From: an uncultured Acidobacteriaceae bacterium
GTDB taxonomy: Bacteria; Acidobacteriota; Terriglobia; Terriglobales; Acidobacteriaceae
Direction of reading: 5' to 3'
Assembly (NCBI GenBank): GCA_963782835.1
Contig: CAWALR010000027.1
Coordinates: 75,570 to 139,569 of the forward strand
DNA length: 64,000 nt
A program made the translations under genes and the position numbers. Positions 28,337 through 36,794 of this stretch are shown one piece after another (within the stretch, counting starts at the first letter, position 1; every line of letters starts with the position of its first letter). The notes below the pieces were generated by a model. The model saw only the letters and a list, made by a program, of their open reading frames with translations. It was not told where the DNA came from and ran no database searches.

Positions 28337-29005
28337 TCAAATCGTTCTGGCTTGCGCATAGAGGAACGGGCGGTCTTTGTGGCTTCTCCAGAAGTAGGCG
28401 AGGATGATGACGCTCGCGACCGCAGCGTAGGCGCACCACAACGAGGTGAAAGCATAGCGCTTGACCTCCATTACCGCCAGCAGAATCACGAGGTTGGCCG
28501 CGCCGAAGAGGACCATCATCCTGATCTTCGAAAAAAATAACGACCCGCAAGTGGCAATGACGTAGAGTACCCCAACCGCTGTGTTATTGGTCGCTTGGTT
28601 GATGTAGACGATGCTGTTTCCCCGAATGAAGAGCTGCAACGGATAGGCCGTCAGCGCCCACAATATGTAAAGCGTTGTACCTCCGCCGAGCATCAGGAAC
28701 GGCAGCATTCGCTGGCGGCTCTCCTTATTGGGCTCGAACAGGAAAACGCTGAGCGGAAGCAGGAACGGGAGAAGTCCCTGAGCGTAAAGCATGAAGGCCG
28801 CGCCCATGTCGTGCGCCACGGTGGGCGAGAGAATGCCGTCCAATCCCAGCCAGACAAAGCCTTCAATGAACTGATGAATAGCGAAGAGCGTGGGCAGCGT
28901 GGCGAAAAGCACTTCACGGCGGTGCTTCACCCTCGTCAAAGTGACGACGCCGACGGCGCCCAGCACGCCGCTGCCAATAAAGTTCGCTGTGGCCGAAAAA
29001 CACAT
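28337..29005 (-). CDS. Hypothetical polytopic membrane protein
   Basis: Contains about 6 hydrophobic helices. The start is set at the ATG (MCFSATANFIGSG...) rather than the longer ORF in the track. Confidence 0.5.
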   Translation of the reverse strand: MCFSATANFIGSGVLGAVGVVTLTRVKHRREVLFATLPTLFAIHQFIEGFVWLGLDGILSPTVAHDMGAAFMLYAQGLLPFLLPLSVFLFEPNKESRQRMLPFLMLGGGTTLYILWALTAYPLQLFIRGNSIVYINQATNNTAVGVLYVIATCGSLFFSKIRMMVLFGAANLVILLAVMEVKRYAFTSLWCAYAAVASVIILAYFWRSHKDRPFLYAQARTI

Positions 29006-29216
29006 GGGCGTCTTCTCCGTTGCGAGATTATACCTGCCATCGCGGAACGCAAATATTTTTTGTGATGCAGCCAATCGTGAGAGACGACGGGTCGGCCGCG
29101 TGCTTCCTGTTTTGAATCTGCGCTCCGTTTCCGGAAACACTCCCTTTCGTGCGCGATAGTTTCGGTCGCGTTTGAGCGCGTTCTAATTAGAATCGGGCTG
29201 TGATTAAGGCCTCCTT

Positions 29217-30548
29217 ATGAGAATTCTGATTGCGGAAGACGACGCGGCTCTGGCTGCTTTTGTGCGACAGGGGTTGCTGGCGGAACACTACATGGTGGAT
29301 GTGGCGGAGGATGGAGAGCAGGCGCGGGTGATGGGAAGTGAAACCGACTACGATCTGGTGGTTCTCGATCTGAACTTGCCACGCGTCGATGGCGTGGCCG
29401 TCTTGCGCCATTTGCGACTGCGACGGCCAAGTCTTCCGGTGCTGGTGCTGACCCAGAGAAGCAAGGTGGAAGACCGGGTGCAATGTCTCGACACGGGAGC
29501 GGATGATTATCTGCCGAAGCCGTTTTCGTTCAGTGAACTATCAGCGCGGATTCGAGCGCTCTTGCGCCGCAGCCATTTGCCCTCGGAGTCCGTGCTGATA
29601 GTGGAAGATCTGAAACTCGATCGCGTGGAACACCGCGCCGAGCGTTCCGGCCGCAGAATCGAGCTCACCTCCAAAGAGTTTTCCCTACTCGAATATCTGA
29701 TGCGCAACGCCGGCCGCCAAGTCTCCCGCGCCATGATCATCGAACACGTCTGGAACCTCACCTTCGATACAACTACAAATGTGGTGGACGTCTACATCAA
29801 TTATGCCTCTTCGCAAGTGGATCAGAGAAAGGTTGGCAAACTTGCTCTGGCCATCCAGGTCGCATTTCAGGAGATGGGCGTGTTTCCAGCCTCGACGACG
29901 CAGATTCCACTGGACATCGATGCCCCTATGCCTTTTAGCACGGTGCAGGCGATTCAGAACGTGGAACGAACTGCGGAACTTGGGCGCATTTCTTCCTCTC
30001 CGACGAATTCTCTGGCCGGCTCTTCTGATGAAACCGATTTGACTACTTTGCGAAGCGAGTTGGAGCAAGCGCTGCATAGTGAAATTGCGACGCGTCAAGT
30101 GTCGCTGCACCGCGAGACCGATGGTTTGGTGATAAGTCTGAGAGAGTTCGGTTTCTTCGATAGCGGGTCGGCCAGCATCAAGCCACAAGCTCTGCCAGCC
30201 CTGGATCGGATCGCCTCGATTCTGGCAATCCGCACCTGCAAGCTCCGCATCGAAGGACACACGGACAACGTTCCGATTCATACGGCGCAGATGCCTTCGA
30301 ACTGGGAGTTGTCAACGGCGCGGGCCACCGAACTGATCCGTCTGCTGATCGTCCGCCACCGCTTCTCGCCAGAAAGATTGTCCGCCGCCGGCTATGCGGA
30401 GTATTACCCTGTCGCCAGTAATCTCACCGCCGAAGGGCGGGCGCAGAATCGGCGTGTCGACATCGTGATCCTGTCCGAACACGGTAGTATGGAAATTTCG
30501 GCTCAAGCCAAAATGCCGGCTGGAAATTCATCCGCGCGTCTGCGCTAG
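29217..30548 (+). CDS. Chimeric ORF: OmpR-family response regulator (REC plus incomplete winged helix) fused in frame to a MotB/OmpA-like C-terminal peptidoglycan-binding domain
   Basis: Residues 1-196 are the REC domain (ILIAEDD, LVVLDLNLP, DDYLPKPF) and a winged helix up to NVVDVYINY. From nt 29805 the sequence is ASSQVDQRKVGKLALAIQVAF... then RIEGHTDNVPI...NWELSTARA...NRRVDIVI, typical of MotB. The MotB TM helix and the last ~25 aa of the OmpR domain are absent. Confidence 0.75.
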   Translation: MRILIAEDDAALAAFVRQGLLAEHYMVDVAEDGEQARVMGSETDYDLVVLDLNLPRVDGVAVLRHLRLRRPSLPVLVLTQRSKVEDRVQCLDTGADDYLPKPFSFSELSARIRALLRRSHLPSESVLIVEDLKLDRVEHRAERSGRRIELTSKEFSLLEYLMRNAGRQVSRAMIIEHVWNLTFDTTTNVVDVYINYASSQVDQRKVGKLALAIQVAFQEMGVFPASTTQIPLDIDAPMPFSTVQAIQNVERTAELGRISSSPTNSLAGSSDETDLTTLRSELEQALHSEIATRQVSLHRETDGLVISLREFGFFDSGSASIKPQALPALDRIASILAIRTCKLRIEGHTDNVPIHTAQMPSNWELSTARATELIRLLIVRHRFSPERLSAAGYAEYYPVASNLTAEGRAQNRRVDIVILSEHGSMEISAQAKMPAGNSSARLR

Positions 30549-30742
30549 ACGTGCTATTCGGCTCGAAGAACTCCCATCGCACAGATTGCCCTCCCACGCC
30601 CATATTCCAGTTAAAGTCCTGCAATTCCAATGCCGATGAAACGTCAAGGAAACGCAGCGAGCGGCTTCCACGTCGCATCGCGGGCTGCCGATTGCGAACG
30701 AAGCAGATACGGCCAGAGCAGAGTTCTAGAGATTGAGGCGCG

Positions 30743-31258
30743 ATGAAATCGAACCATGACAAGTTGGAGGAGAACTCACTGGCGCGCGAACCCAAGGCGG
30801 CGCACGAGGAAGTGCTGCAGCTAGTGGGATTTCAAGTGGGCGACGAGGAGTTCGGAATCAATATTTTGCGCGTCCAGGAAATCATCCGCGCCCAGCAGTT
30901 GACTCGCGTCCCGAATTCTCCCGAGTTCCTCGAAGGAGTGATGAACCTGCGGGGAAAGATCATCCCCGTCATCGCGCTGCGAAAACGCTTTGGTCTGGAA
31001 GAGGTTCCTCCGGACAAACGGAACCGCATCGTCGTCGTGGAAATCCAGGGAACGGTACTCGGTTTCGTGGTCGACGCCGTCTCGGAAGTTCTCCGCGTTC
31101 CGGCCGATACGATCGAGCCCCCTCCGCGCCTTGGCCCGGTCGAGCGCGAATATGTTGCTGGAGTGGGCAAACTCGGTGACCGCTTACTCATCCTGCTGGA
31201 TGCCGACCGTCTGATGGATGGTCCCGAACAGACTCTCGCCGCTGCAGCCAGTGTATAA
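30743..31258 (+). CDS. cheW: Chemotaxis coupling protein CheW
   Basis: CheW-like domain with FGINILRVQEIIR, MNLRGKIIPVIALRKRFGL and LLILLDADRL. Confidence 0.85.
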   Translation: MKSNHDKLEENSLAREPKAAHEEVLQLVGFQVGDEEFGINILRVQEIIRAQQLTRVPNSPEFLEGVMNLRGKIIPVIALRKRFGLEEVPPDKRNRIVVVEIQGTVLGFVVDAVSEVLRVPADTIEPPPRLGPVEREYVAGVGKLGDRLLILLDADRLMDGPEQTLAAAASV

Positions 31259-31288
31259 GCTGCGGCGCAATCGAGGAGCAGAACCTTC

Positions 31289-33166
31289 GTGAGTGACGAT
31301 CTTCTAAACGATCCTTCGCTGATTCAGGAGTTTCTGGCGGAATCGGAGGAATTCCTCCAGCGCATGGACCAAGACATGGTGGCGCTTGAAGCCGCCCCGC
31401 ATGATGCCGAGTTGTTGAATCGCATCTTTCGTGCTCTGCACACGATCAAGGGAACCTCCGGTTTTCTTGGATTCGAGCCGATCGTGCGCCTGAGCCATCG
31501 CGCAGAAGATGTTCTCAATGCCTTGCGCAAGGGGGAAGCACAACTCAGTCGGCCGATCATCGATGCGCTTCTGGCCGCGCGCGACTACTTGGGCAAAATG
31601 CTCCAGGATGTCCGTGAGGGAGGTCTTCAGCAGTATGAGATGGGAGCTCTGTTGAAGGAGCTTGAAAGCGCACAAAATTCCCGCGAGCAGCCTCCTGCTC
31701 TGGGAGAGTTGCTGGTCAAACAGGAAGTAATTTCCTCGGCCACGTTGAACGCAGTTCTGGAAGAGCAATCGTCCGCGGCGGAGCCCCGCAAATTGGGCGA
31801 GATGCTGGTGCAGAAGGGTCTGGCGTCGCCAGCAGAAGTTGGGGACGCGCTGGTCCGGCAGAAAGAGATTGCCAAGCCACGCGATGCGATCCAAACCATG
31901 CGTGTGGAAGCTACCAAGTTGGATGACTTGATCAATCTCATCGGTGAGCTGGTGCTGGAGCGCAACCGTTTGCTGCAGCTTAGCCGCGACCTGTCTTCGG
32001 GCAGGCTGGCGGCAAACGAATTGAGTTCGTCGCTCAATCAGTTCTCCTCCTGCTTGAGCTTCATCACCGAAGAGTTGCAAGCGGCGGGCCTGAAGACACG
32101 CATGGTTCCGATCGAAGCAGTATTTCGCAAATTCCCCCGTTTGGTTCGCGACATCGCCGGCGGCCTGAAAAAAGAAGTGGAGCTCGTGCTGGTGGGAGGA
32201 GAAACCGAACTGGACAAGACGATGGTCGAACTTATCGGTGATCCGTTGGTCCACCTGGTGCGCAATTCTCTGGATCACGGCGTTGAGGTGCCGGAGGTGC
32301 GAGAACGAGCGGGCAAACCGCGCCGCGGAACGATTCGCCTGGAGGCGCGGCAAGAAGGCGACCAGATTGTTATCAGCATTTGCGACGATGGCGCCGGAAT
32401 GGATCCGGAACGGATTGGCCGCAAAGCGGTGGAGAAGGGATTGATTGCAGCGGAACGCCTACGCGGGTTGAGCACACGCGAAATTCTGGATTTTATTTTT
32501 CTTCCCGGCTTCAGCACGGTCGAGAAAGCAACCGATCTTTCTGGACGCGGCGTGGGCATGGATGTGGTGCGAACCAATCTCAAGAAGTTAAATGGCTCGA
32601 TCGAGATCGACAGTCAGGTTGCGAAGGGCTCCACCATCAAACTTCGTCTGCCTCTCACTCTTGCCATCCTGCCAGTACTCCTGGTTCGAGTACGCCGGGA
32701 AATCTATGCTCTGCCTTTGCGCTCGGTGGTAGAGACGGCGCAGATCGATTGCAAACACCTGCACCGTGTGGAGGGAAGCGAGGTGCTTTGCCTGCGAGGT
32801 GAGACCGTGCCCTTGCTACGTGTGGATCAGATTTTCTGCGCGCGCCCTGCTCGTGATCTGAGCATCCATGCGCCTGCTCTTCTTACGAATCTCTCGTCGT
32901 CCGATGGCCAGAGACAGGGGGAGACTTCGAACCAAAAGGTGGTGATTCTCGAAGTGGCGGACAGGTGCTTTGCGCTTCTGGTCGACCAACTCCTTGGACA
33001 GGAGTCCACCGTTGTAAAGCCTCTAGGAAACTATCTGCATGGGTGCTCGAGCGTGGCGGGAGCCACCATCAGCGGCGACGGGCAGGTGCGCATCGTTCTC
33101 GATCCTGCGGGCTTGCTCGCCAACTTGCAGGGTGCGCGCCCCTTGGTCCGAAAGGCGTCCGCGTGA
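31289..33166 (+). CDS. cheA: Chemotaxis histidine kinase CheA
   Basis: Has an Hpt domain with HTIKGTSGFLGF, a dimerisation region, an HATPase_c domain (DDGAGMD, GRGVGMDVV) and a C-terminal CheW-like domain. Confidence 0.9.
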   Translation: MSDDLLNDPSLIQEFLAESEEFLQRMDQDMVALEAAPHDAELLNRIFRALHTIKGTSGFLGFEPIVRLSHRAEDVLNALRKGEAQLSRPIIDALLAARDYLGKMLQDVREGGLQQYEMGALLKELESAQNSREQPPALGELLVKQEVISSATLNAVLEEQSSAAEPRKLGEMLVQKGLASPAEVGDALVRQKEIAKPRDAIQTMRVEATKLDDLINLIGELVLERNRLLQLSRDLSSGRLAANELSSSLNQFSSCLSFITEELQAAGLKTRMVPIEAVFRKFPRLVRDIAGGLKKEVELVLVGGETELDKTMVELIGDPLVHLVRNSLDHGVEVPEVRERAGKPRRGTIRLEARQEGDQIVISICDDGAGMDPERIGRKAVEKGLIAAERLRGLSTREILDFIFLPGFSTVEKATDLSGRGVGMDVVRTNLKKLNGSIEIDSQVAKGSTIKLRLPLTLAILPVLLVRVRREIYALPLRSVVETAQIDCKHLHRVEGSEVLCLRGETVPLLRVDQIFCARPARDLSIHAPALLTNLSSSDGQRQGETSNQKVVILEVADRCFALLVDQLLGQESTVVKPLGNYLHGCSSVAGATISGDGQVRIVLDPAGLLANLQGARPLVRKASA

Positions 33167-34065
33167 CCACCGCAGCCTCGCTCGGCCCAATGCCCAGGAT
33201 GGACGGTCCTCCTGAACCTGAGCTTGTCCACATCCGTGACGTGATTTACCGAGCGGCGGGAATCTTTCATCCCGACAACAAGCTTCGTCTGTTGCAGGAT
33301 CGTTGCGGCCGGCGGATGAAAGAACTGAAGTTAGAAAACCTGCGGCAATATTCAGAGTGTCTTACCAGCCACCCCCAACGGCAAGCCGAACTTGTGGCTC
33401 TGCTGAATGAGATCACGATCGGTGAAACCTGTTTCTTCCGCAATCAACCGCAACTGGACGCGCTCCGCCATGTCGTAATTCCAAACATCCTGCAGGCCAA
33501 ATCCCATCTTCCATTGCGCCGTCTCCGCATATGGAGCGCCGGCTGTTCCACGGGGGAAGAGCCTTACACGCTCCGCATGCTGACGCTGGAGGAGGCTGGT
33601 GGCCAACTCAAAGACTGGAGCACTGAAATTCTCGCAACGGATCTCAACGAGCGCTCCCTGGCTCACGCCCAACTAGGTGTCTACGGCGATTACAGCACCC
33701 GCCATTTGGCTCCCAGCTACCGCAGTAAATATTTTCTTCCGCTTGAAGACAAACTGCAGGTGAACGCGCTCGCCCGCTCCAGTGTCAGCTTCAGCAGGTT
33801 GAATCTGTCGGACGACTCCCGCATGACTTTCATGAAGAGCATGGACGCCATCTTTTGCTGCAATGTTCTGATCTACTTTGATCTGGCATCCAAGCGGCGC
33901 GTCATCCAGCACTTTTTCAATAATCTCCTGCCTCACGGGTATCTGTTTCTCGGTCACTCGGAGTCGCTTTACGGAGTGAATGATGATTTTCGCCTTGTCC
34001 ATTTGCCAGGAGCCACCGCCTATGTAAGGGGTGAACGCGTGCTCGCCGGAGGGAAGTCCCGATGA
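33163..34065 (+). CDS. cheR: Chemotaxis protein methyltransferase CheR
   Basis: The GTG overlaps the cheA stop (GTGA). It has TIGETCFFRN and the SAM-binding IWSAGCSTGEEPYTL. The longer ORF in the track overlaps cheA. Confidence 0.85.
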   Translation: MTTAASLGPMPRMDGPPEPELVHIRDVIYRAAGIFHPDNKLRLLQDRCGRRMKELKLENLRQYSECLTSHPQRQAELVALLNEITIGETCFFRNQPQLDALRHVVIPNILQAKSHLPLRRLRIWSAGCSTGEEPYTLRMLTLEEAGGQLKDWSTEILATDLNERSLAHAQLGVYGDYSTRHLAPSYRSKYFLPLEDKLQVNALARSSVSFSRLNLSDDSRMTFMKSMDAIFCCNVLIYFDLASKRRVIQHFFNNLLPHGYLFLGHSESLYGVNDDFRLVHLPGATAYVRGERVLAGGKSR

Positions 34066-34961
34066 CTCACGCAACCGCAACCAAACAGGTTTTACTGCAG
34101 CGGTTGGAGGGATTGAGGCAAATTCCGACCATCCCCGCCGTGCTCGCTCCCTTACTTCGCTACCTGCAACAGCCGCTGGAGCATCTCGACGTACAAAAGG
34201 TCACCGATCTGCTTTCTCAAGACAAGTCATTGGCGGCGCAGTGCCTCCAGATGGCGAATTCTCCGCTCTTCGGCAGGGCTCAGAGTTCGCAGTCCCTGCG
34301 CGGGGCAGTAGTCAGCCTGGGATTCCAGAGGGTCAGCGACATTGCCATGTCATGCGGCTTGCTGAATATGCTCCCGGGCGACAAAACCGGCCTGGATCCG
34401 GTGGTCTTCTGGGAGCACTCGCTGGGATGCGCGTTGATTTGCCGGCATCTGGCCAGCAAGATCAATTTTAGTGATCCCACAAAAGCCTATCTTGCCGGGT
34501 TGCTCCACGACTTGGGAATCATCGTCAATCTTTGGGTTTTGCCGAAAGAATTCCGTACTGCCTGGGAGACTGCCAAAGCGGGCGGCATTCCACTGCACGA
34601 GGCCGAACAACAGTGCATGGGTTTTACCCACTGCGACAGCGGACGCCTGCTCGCGGAGCGTTGGAATCTCGCGCCTGAACTCATCGAGGTGGTGAGTTTT
34701 CATCACGCACCGGAAAAATCGGTCGAAAATACCGGATTGGTGGCACTGGTGCAGCTCGCCGATTTGCTTTGCCGGATGAGCAATCTGAACCACGGCTATG
34801 TGGAAGAGCGAATGGTCGATCTGCGCGAGGAATCCGGCTTTGCCCTGCTCTCCCAACATTCCACCACGCTCAAAGAGTTTGACTGGGCTCGTCTTACTTT
34901 CGAACTCGATTCCTATATGGACGAAGTCCACAGCTTGGTCCGGGCGATTTATCGAACATGA
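34062..34961 (+). CDS. HDOD-domain signalling protein
   Basis: The HDOD pattern is present (LPTIPAVLAPLL, AGLLHDLGIIV, HCDSGRLLAERWNLP). ATGA overlaps join it to both neighbours. Confidence 0.75.
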   Translation: MTHATATKQVLLQRLEGLRQIPTIPAVLAPLLRYLQQPLEHLDVQKVTDLLSQDKSLAAQCLQMANSPLFGRAQSSQSLRGAVVSLGFQRVSDIAMSCGLLNMLPGDKTGLDPVVFWEHSLGCALICRHLASKINFSDPTKAYLAGLLHDLGIIVNLWVLPKEFRTAWETAKAGGIPLHEAEQQCMGFTHCDSGRLLAERWNLAPELIEVVSFHHAPEKSVENTGLVALVQLADLLCRMSNLNHGYVEERMVDLREESGFALLSQHSTTLKEFDWARLTFELDSYMDEVHSLVRAIYRT

Positions 34962-36046
34962 ACAACGTCGGTAGCGAGTCGCCAATACGTGTGCTCATCG
35001 TGGATGATAGCGCCTTCATGCGCACGGCACTTTCCCGCATGGTAGCTTCAGACCCTGATTTAGCGGTTGTGGGCACGGCGGCCAGCGGCAACGACGCTCT
35101 GCAACGGATACCTGTCCTCGACCCGGAAGTGATCACCCTCGATGTGCAGATGCCGGGCCTGGACGGGCTGGAGACTCTTCGTCGCATCATGGCTGAGTTC
35201 CCTCGGCCGGTCATCATGGTTAGTTCGCTCACGCTGAAAGATGCCGAGATCACTTTCAGCGCGCTGGATGCTGGAGCCTTCGACTATGTGCCCAAACAAC
35301 TCTCCTCCACATCTCTGGACATACTTCATCTTCGGGATGACTTAATCGCGAAAGTTAAAGCAGCGGCGGATTCGCGGTGCTCGCGGGAGTTGCACGTCAT
35401 TCCACGGAAGCCGCCACAGGCAGCGATCCCAGCGACGCGCGACGGTCCACATTGCACTCCGTCGATTATCGCAATGGGCACCTCGACCGGAGGCCCAAAG
35501 GCTTTGCAAGACATTCTCCCCATGCTCCCGGGAGATCTCCCTGTTCCAATTCTGATCGTGCAGCACATGCCGTCAGGGTTTACAGCTCCATTTGCCAAGA
35601 GGCTGAATAGCCTGTGCGCAGTTTCCGTTTGCGAGGCGGCGCACGGAGAGGCGGTTCAGCCGGGAGTCGTGTACATTGCGCCTGCCGGGTCTCATCTGAC
35701 TGTGGACCGCACGAGTTCGCGAACGGTGATCTGTCTCTCCGACAAACCCGAGAATCAGTTGCACATGCCCTCGGTCGACATCACCATGCAATCGGTTGCC
35801 TCCAACTTCCACTCTCTCGTCATGGGCGTCATCATGACGGGAATGGGGTCAGATGGAGCGCGGGGAATGAATGCAATTCATCGCGAGGGTGGTTTCACTC
35901 TGGGTCAGGACGAAGGAAGCTGTGCGGTATATGGGATGCCTCGCGCTTGCGCCGAAATGGGCAGCATCGATCGAGTTGTGCCACTGTCGCAGATTCCGAG
36001 CGAAATCATGCAAGCTACTCGCTACCGCAAGACCAGCGCCAGCTAA
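34958..36046 (+). CDS. cheB: Chemotaxis response regulator protein-glutamate methylesterase CheB
   Basis: An N-terminal receiver (VLIVDDSAFMR, VITLDVQMPGLDG) is followed by a methylesterase domain (IAMGTSTGGPKAL, GMGSDGA). Confidence 0.9.
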   Translation: MNNVGSESPIRVLIVDDSAFMRTALSRMVASDPDLAVVGTAASGNDALQRIPVLDPEVITLDVQMPGLDGLETLRRIMAEFPRPVIMVSSLTLKDAEITFSALDAGAFDYVPKQLSSTSLDILHLRDDLIAKVKAAADSRCSRELHVIPRKPPQAAIPATRDGPHCTPSIIAMGTSTGGPKALQDILPMLPGDLPVPILIVQHMPSGFTAPFAKRLNSLCAVSVCEAAHGEAVQPGVVYIAPAGSHLTVDRTSSRTVICLSDKPENQLHMPSVDITMQSVASNFHSLVMGVIMTGMGSDGARGMNAIHREGGFTLGQDEGSCAVYGMPRACAEMGSIDRVVPLSQIPSEIMQATRYRKTSAS

Positions 36047-36561
36047 GCGGATGCTTTAAAGTCAAGGGGATTTCTGTCCAACACTTCGCGGACTTTCCTC
36101 AACAGCATCGGGATCGAAAATGGTTTGGCCAAGTACTCCGGACGGTGAACAGATTCACGCGAGGTGAGTTGTTCCTCGTACCCGCTCATCAACAAGATTC
36201 GCGTTTGCGGGCACAAGGTCGAGAAATCTCTTGCCAGTTCGTGGCCGTTAATTCCCGGCATCACGATGTCGGCAAGGAGCAAGCTCACCGGTTCGGCGTA
36301 TTCGCCGAAAACCTGCAGCGCCTGGATAGCATTTTCCGCCGTGAGTACTCGATAGCCGGCCGACTCGAGGGCTTCGCAGATCGCCTTCCGAACGAACGCT
36401 TCGTCTTCGACCAGGAGAATCGTCTCCTTCCGGTCGCGTCGACGTGTAGCTGTCGAGGAAGCGACGATTGCTTCTGGAGAAATCGACGACCCGAGATCGG
36501 GAAAATTCACCGCTTCGCCATCAAGATGAATCGAATCTACGACCGTGGTATCAGAATCCAA
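36043..36561 (-). CDS. Single-domain response regulator with ~45-aa N-terminal extension
   Basis: Receiver motifs: ILLVEDEAFVR, LLLADIVMPGINGHEL, LMSGY, YLAKPF. It is convergent with cheB. Confidence 0.8.
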   Translation of the reverse strand: MDSDTTVVDSIHLDGEAVNFPDLGSSISPEAIVASSTATRRRDRKETILLVEDEAFVRKAICEALESAGYRVLTAENAIQALQVFGEYAEPVSLLLADIVMPGINGHELARDFSTLCPQTRILLMSGYEEQLTSRESVHRPEYLAKPFSIPMLLRKVREVLDRNPLDFKASA

Positions 36562-36794
36562 GGTGTTTCACTCCTGTACCGCAGCCCTTCTGCAGCAGAT
36601 CAGCTGCCATCTTCGAATTGCTAGCGCAATGAACTGCAAGTAATAGGCAGGCCGCCACTTGACTCTTTGCGATGCCGTGGTCGCGGGGCTACTTCTCGGA
36701 ACGACATCGCCATTATGGGAACGCTTAAGGCAATCCGGTCCCAATTCGGGACACGGGAAGTGGGTGAATAACTCTCTCAGTCTTGACGAATCGG

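Noticed and set aside
35614-36624. A 336-aa plus-strand ORF spanning the cheB 3' end and the whole convergent response-regulator gene.
   Set aside because: It overlaps two well-supported genes. The translation is Arg/Ser/Gly-rich with no domain signature, so it is most likely a chance open frame.
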